DNA from: Actinomycetota bacterium
GTDB taxonomy: Bacteria > Actinomycetota > Geothermincolia > Geothermincolales > RBG-13-55-18
Assembly (NCBI GenBank): GCA_028275245.1
Contig: JAPWVA010000001.1
Span: 1-29,202, forward strand
DNA: 29,202 nt
Reading direction: 5' to 3'
Shown here: one piece after another, positions 25,230-29,202 of the stretch
How positions within the stretch are numbered: the stretch's first letter is position 1
Layout: every line of letters begins with the position of its first letter
Notes under the pieces: model-generated
The model's database searches: none
What the model was told of the DNA's origin: nothing
What the model saw: only the letters and a program-made list of their open reading frames with translations
Translations under genes and position numbers: made by a program

Positions 25230-25502
25230 TCAGCTTCTCAGGGCCCTCCGCTTCAGCTCCTCCTCGATCTCCCGGGAATAAAGGGAATAGACGGGACAAC
25301 CGTACCGGAGGCAAAGGTGCAACCCCACGCTGCAGCGGGGATCCTCCACCTCCCAGCAGTTAAGACCCTCTCTCCAGGCCTTGCAGGAGAGGTACTGGCT
25401 GGCGGGGCAACCCCTGAGATCCCGGCAACGGCTCAATTCCCACCTCCCATGGCTTCTGGGACAGCAACGAGCGTCACCAGGGATGAGCATATCCCCGGCC
25501 AC
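25230..25502 (-). CDS. Small Cys-rich hypothetical protein (9 Cys, NCWE motif)
   Basis: 90-aa ORF that overlaps no other gene, with mostly G/C third codon positions. TATAAT (25514-25509) lies 6 nt before the GTG start. Confidence 0.7.
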   Translation of the reverse strand: MAGDMLIPGDARCCPRSHGRWELSRCRDLRGCPASQYLSCKAWREGLNCWEVEDPRCSVGLHLCLRYGCPVYSLYSREIEEELKRRALRS

Positions 25503-25504
25503 GG

Positions 25505-25547
25505 TGCTATTATAAAATGTGGAGGGCTCGTCCGAGCCCTTTTGTTT
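25505..25547. promoter_or_regulatory. Overlapping divergent -10 elements plus inverted repeat between the Cys-rich gene and HAD-uvrB
   Basis: Plus: TGcTATTAT 25505-25513. Minus: TATAAT 25514-25509. AGGGCTC-GTCC-GAGCCCT-TTTGTTT at 25523-25547. Confidence 0.5.
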
Positions 25548-25591
25548 CCTAGTGACCGAAGAAGGTGGAAAGGAGGCAGCTCACCGGCAAC

Positions 25592-26320
25592 ATGGTGAAA
25601 GGGATTATCCAATTACCGGAAGTGGTCTTTCTGGACGTGGGGGAGACCCTTTTTTACCCCCATCCTTCCTTCGGCGAGCTCTTCCACACCGTTTGCCGCG
25701 AACACGGCCACCAGGTCGACCCCAGGGAGGTTTCCATCGTGGCCAGTCGCTACATGGAGGAGGTGGAGGAAAGGCAGGGTAGGGGTTTTTCCTTCACCGA
25801 CAGCCCTGAAAAATCGGGTGCCTTCTGGAGGGAATTTTATCACTCAATCCTGCGGGACCTTGGGATACAGGGCGAGGACCACGTCCTCCCGGAGGTCCTC
25901 TACCGCACCTTTTCCGATCCCTCCCATTACCGACCCTACCCCGACGGGTTGGAAGCCCTGGAAGCTCTGAAGCAAGGGGGTTTCCGGCTGGGCGTGATCA
26001 CCAACTTCGAGCCCTGGGTGGAGGAGCTCCTGGATGGATGGGGGATCTCCTCCTACCTGGATATCGTGGTGATCTCCGGCTTGGTGGGTAGGGAGAAGCC
26101 CCACCCGGATATCTTCCGAGAGGCCCTGCGCCGGGCCGATGTGCCCCCCGGAAGGGCCCTACACGTGGGGGACTCTCCGAGGTCCGACTTTCTGGGAGCC
26201 CGCGAGGCGGGGATGCAGGCGGTCCTGCTGGACCGGCGGGGAGCCCACCCCGGCTTTCCCGGTCCCCGCATCTCCAGCCTGGTGGAGCTTCCCGTCCTCC
26301 TGAGAGGTGGGGAAAGATGA
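25592..26320 (+). CDS. HAD-IA family hydrolase (putative phosphatase/nucleotidase)
   Basis: Motif I FLDVGETL, motif II VITN, motif [12 protein letters not shown] and motif [11 protein letters not shown]. Start is ATG 25592 or GTG 25565. Confidence 0.9.
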   Translation: MVKGIIQLPEVVFLDVGETLFYPHPSFGELFHTVCREHGHQVDPREVSIVASRYMEEVEERQGRGFSFTDSPEKSGAFWREFYHSILRDLGIQGEDHVLPEVLYRTFSDPSHYRPYPDGLEALEALKQGGFRLGVITNFEPWVEELLDGWGISSYLDIVVISGLVGREKPHPDIFREALRRADVPPGRALHVGDSPRSDFLGAREAGMQAVLLDRRGAHPGFPGPRISSLVELPVLLRGGER

Positions 26321-28311
26321 GCGGGTTCCGCTTGGTGACCGAATTGGTTCCCCGGGGTGATCAGCCCAAAGCCATCGCCGCCCTAACCGAGGGGGTGAAG
26401 AGGGGCTATCGCTACCAGACGCTGCTGGGGGTCACTGGCTCGGGGAAGACGTTCACCATGGCCCACGTCATCCACAATCTGCAGCGACCCGCCCTGGTGA
26501 TCGCTCCCAACAAGACCCTGGCCGCCCAGCTCTGCAACGAGTTCCGGGAATTCTTCCCGGAGAACGCGGTGGAGTACTTCGTGAGCTATTACGACTACTA
26601 CCAGCCAGAGGCCTACATCCCCTCCACCGATACCTACATCGAGAAGGACACCTCCATAAACGACGACATAGACCGCCTGCGGCACCGGGCCACCTCAGCC
26701 CTGCTCTCCCGGCGGGACGTGATCGTGGTGGCCTCGGTCTCCTGCATATATGGCTTGGGCAGCCCCCAGGAATACCTGAAGAGAGTTCTCCTCCTGAACA
26801 GGGGGGAGGAGTACTCCCTGCGGGAGGTGTTGGCTCGGCTGGTGGACATGCAGTACGAGCGGAACCAATACGAGCTCTCCCGGGGTAAGTTCCGGCTCAA
26901 GGGGGACACTCTGGAGGTGTATCCCACCTACGAGGAGCTGGTGTGGAGGCTGGAGTTCTTCGGGGACGAGCTGGAGAAGATCAAGGTCATAGACCCCGTC
27001 ACCGGCGAGATCGTGGCGGTGCCGGACTCGGTGGTCATCTATCCGGCCACCCATTATCTCACCGCCGAGGAAAACCTCCGGCGAGCCATCACCTCCATCC
27101 GGGCGGAGCTGGAGGAGAGGGTGGCCGAGCTGCAATCCATGGGCAAGCTCCTGGAAGCCCAGCGGCTGCTATCGCGGACCACCTACGACTTGGAGATGCT
27201 CCAGGAGATGGGTTATTGCCAGGGCATCGAGAATTATTCCCGGCACCTGGACGGAAGGGCTCCCGGGGAACCACCCTACACCCTGCTGGACTTCTTCCCC
27301 GAGGACTTCCTGGTTTTCGTGGATGAGTCCCACGTAACCATCCCCCAGATCCACGGGATGTACGAGGGTGACATGTCCCGCAAGAGGACCCTGGTGGAAT
27401 ACGGCTTCCGCCTGCCCTCCGCCCTGGACAACCGCCCCCTGAAGTTCGAGGAATTCCTGGAACGAGTCCCCCAGATGATCTGCGTGAGCGCCACCCCCGG
27501 ACCCTGGGAGCTCTCAGTGAGCAGCCAAGTGGTGGAGCAGATCATCCGCCCCACCGGGCTGGTGGACCCGGAATTGGTGGTGAGACCAGCGGAAGGCCAG
27601 GTGGACGACCTCATAGGGGAGATAAGGAAGAGGGTGGAGAGGAAGGAGAGGGTGCTGGTCACCACCCTCACCAAGAGGATGGCGGAAAACCTCACCGATT
27701 ACCTGCTGGAGACGGGCCTAAAGGTGCGCTACCTGCACTCGGAAATCGACACCCTGGACCGAGTGGAGATTATCCGTGGCCTGAGGCTTGGGGAATTTGA
27801 CGTGCTGGTGGGAGTAAACCTGCTCAGGGAAGGGCTTGATCTTCCCGAGGTCTCCTTGGTGGCCATCCTGGACGCCGACCGGGAGGGTTTCCTCCGCAAC
27901 GAGCGGAGCCTCATACAAACCATCGGACGTGCCTCCCGGAACGTTAACGGCCAGGTGATCATGTATGCCTCCGAGGTGACCGATTCCATGCGCCGGGCCA
28001 TACTGGAGACGGAGAGGAGGAGGAGGCTTCAGCTGGAATATAACCGACGGCATGGCATCAACCCCCAGACGGTGCGCAAGCGGGTTAGCGATATCATGGA
28101 CATGGTCCTATTGCCCGACGAGCGCCCCTCCCACCGCAGGAGGTGGAGGGAGGAGGATATGAGCCCCGAGGAACTGGAATCCCTCATCCGGGGCCTGGAG
28201 GACGAGATGAGGATCGCCGCCGAGGACCTACGCTTCGAGTACGCAGCACGGTTGAGGGACGAGATAGCGGAGCTCAAGAAACGCCTGCGGGCCCTGCGGG
28301 AGGCCGGTTGA
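26317..28311 (+). CDS. uvrB: Excinuclease ABC subunit B
   Basis: Motifs [37 protein letters not shown] and the C-terminal UVR coil [11 protein letters not shown]. Confidence 0.98.
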   Translation: MSGFRLVTELVPRGDQPKAIAALTEGVKRGYRYQTLLGVTGSGKTFTMAHVIHNLQRPALVIAPNKTLAAQLCNEFREFFPENAVEYFVSYYDYYQPEAYIPSTDTYIEKDTSINDDIDRLRHRATSALLSRRDVIVVASVSCIYGLGSPQEYLKRVLLLNRGEEYSLREVLARLVDMQYERNQYELSRGKFRLKGDTLEVYPTYEELVWRLEFFGDELEKIKVIDPVTGEIVAVPDSVVIYPATHYLTAEENLRRAITSIRAELEERVAELQSMGKLLEAQRLLSRTTYDLEMLQEMGYCQGIENYSRHLDGRAPGEPPYTLLDFFPEDFLVFVDESHVTIPQIHGMYEGDMSRKRTLVEYGFRLPSALDNRPLKFEEFLERVPQMICVSATPGPWELSVSSQVVEQIIRPTGLVDPELVVRPAEGQVDDLIGEIRKRVERKERVLVTTLTKRMAENLTDYLLETGLKVRYLHSEIDTLDRVEIIRGLRLGEFDVLVGVNLLREGLDLPEVSLVAILDADREGFLRNERSLIQTIGRASRNVNGQVIMYASEVTDSMRRAILETERRRRLQLEYNRRHGINPQTVRKRVSDIMDMVLLPDERPSHRRRWREEDMSPEELESLIRGLEDEMRIAAEDLRFEYAARLRDEIAELKKRLRALREAG

Positions 28312-28384
28312 GCGGGAACAACCAGGGGAAGCCCCGGGCAGTAAAACCCTAATGATGGGACGAAACGCCGGTCTCGCCTGAATC

Positions 28385-28434
28385 AATCCATGGAGACATG
28401 GAGGCGATGAAATAATCCATGGAGGCGATGAAAT
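28385..28434 (+). repeat. Short direct repeats upstream of uvrA
   Basis: CATGGAGGCGATGAAAT at 28397-28413 and 28418-28434; AATCCATGGAG at 28385-28395 and 28414-28424. Confidence 0.85.
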
Positions 28435-28486
28435 CGCAAGGAACGTCACCTCCCTCGGGAACATGGGAAAGGCGAGGGATGCCGAG

Positions 28487-29202
28487 ATGGAGTGGATTGA
28501 GATCAAAGGAGCCCGGGAACACAACCTGAAGAACGTGGACCTGCGGCTTCCCCGCAACAAATTGATAGTGATGACCGGGTTGAGCGGGAGCGGCAAGTCC
28601 TCCCTGGCCTTCGACACCATCTATGCCGAGGGGCAGAGGCGCTACGTGGAATCCCTTTCCGCCTACGCGCGGCAGTTCCTGGGACGTATGGACAAGCCCG
28701 ACGTGGATTCCATAACCGGCCTTTCACCGGCCATATCCATCGACCAGAAGAGCGCCTCCCACAACCCTCGCTCCACCGTTGGCACCATAACCGAGATCCA
28801 CGACTACCTGCGCCTGCTCTTCGCCCGCATCGGCAGAGCCCACTGCCCTACCTGCGGGAGGGAGATCGAGAAACAGTCATCCCAGCAGATTATCGAGCGG
28901 ATACGCTCCTTCCCCCCGGGTACACGTCTCACCATCATGAGTCCCCTGGTGCGGGGAAGGAAGGGTGAATACGCTTCCCTACTGGATGAAGTACGCCGGA
29001 AGGGGTTCAGCCGGGCCCGCATCGACGGCGAGCTGTGGGACCTGGACGAGGAGATACGTCTGGAACGCTACAAGAAGCACAACATCGAGGTGGTGGTGGA
29101 CCGCCTGGTGATCAAGGAAGGCCAGGAGACCAGGCTGGCCGAGTCGGTGGAGACAGCCCTGGAGCTGGGCAAGGGCTACCTCATCGTGGAGGCCGACGGT
29201 GA
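28487..29202 (+). CDS. uvrA: Excinuclease ABC subunit A (5' part, runs off the window)
   Basis: Manual translation [47 protein letters not shown], with zinc-finger CPTC. Absent from the ORF track because there is no stop in the window; alternative ATG at 28463. Confidence 0.97.
   Translation, partial: MEWIEIKGAREHNLKNVDLRLPRNKLIVMTGLSGSGKSSLAFDTIYAEGQRRYVESLSAYARQFLGRMDKPDVDSITGLSPAISIDQKSASHNPRSTVGTITEIHDYLRLLFARIGRAHCPTCGREIEKQSSQQIIERIRSFPPGTRLTIMSPLVRGRKGEYASLLDEVRRKGFSRARIDGELWDLDEEIRLERYKKHNIEVVVDRLVIKEGQETRLAESVETALELGKGYLIVEADG

Noticed and set aside
28312-28486. LexA/SOS box (GAAC-N4-GTTC) upstream of uvrA, HAD-uvrB, polA or the nuclease
   Set aside because: Read by eye, no match was found in these intergenic regions.

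Overview
A GC-rich (roughly 60% by eye) core-chromosome segment with no mobile element, CRISPR array or rRNA. Gene order: DksA/TraR-family gene-lspA-lgt-rluD, an orphan winged-helix gene, a solo Fe-S PD-(D/E)XK nuclease head-to-head with dnaE, hisD-hisB-hisH-hisA-hisF, a five-gene Liv-type ABC transporter, hisI, a zinc-ribbon membrane protein, tRNA-Leu(CAA), polA, rpsA, coaE, a small Cys-rich protein on the minus strand, a HAD hydrolase, uvrB and the 5' part of uvrA. The RpsA sequence and the lspA-rluD-dnaE-his-polA-rpsA-coaE-uvrB-uvrA order point to Actinomycetota, possibly a deep-branching lineage (inference). The most interesting signals are regulatory. A TGTC-N12-TAnnnT promoter motif, resembling the mycobacterial RecA-NDp/PafBC -26 element, lies upstream of polA and on both strands of the shared dnaE/nuclease promoter. 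One 10-mer (TATAATAGCA) appears to serve as a bidirectional core promoter at both divergent gene pairs. A degenerate c-di-GMP-I (GEMM)-like motif precedes the wHTH gene, and a probably leaderless 9-Cys microprotein lies opposite the HAD-uvrB-uvrA genes. All assignments come from motif recognition by eye; no searches were run.
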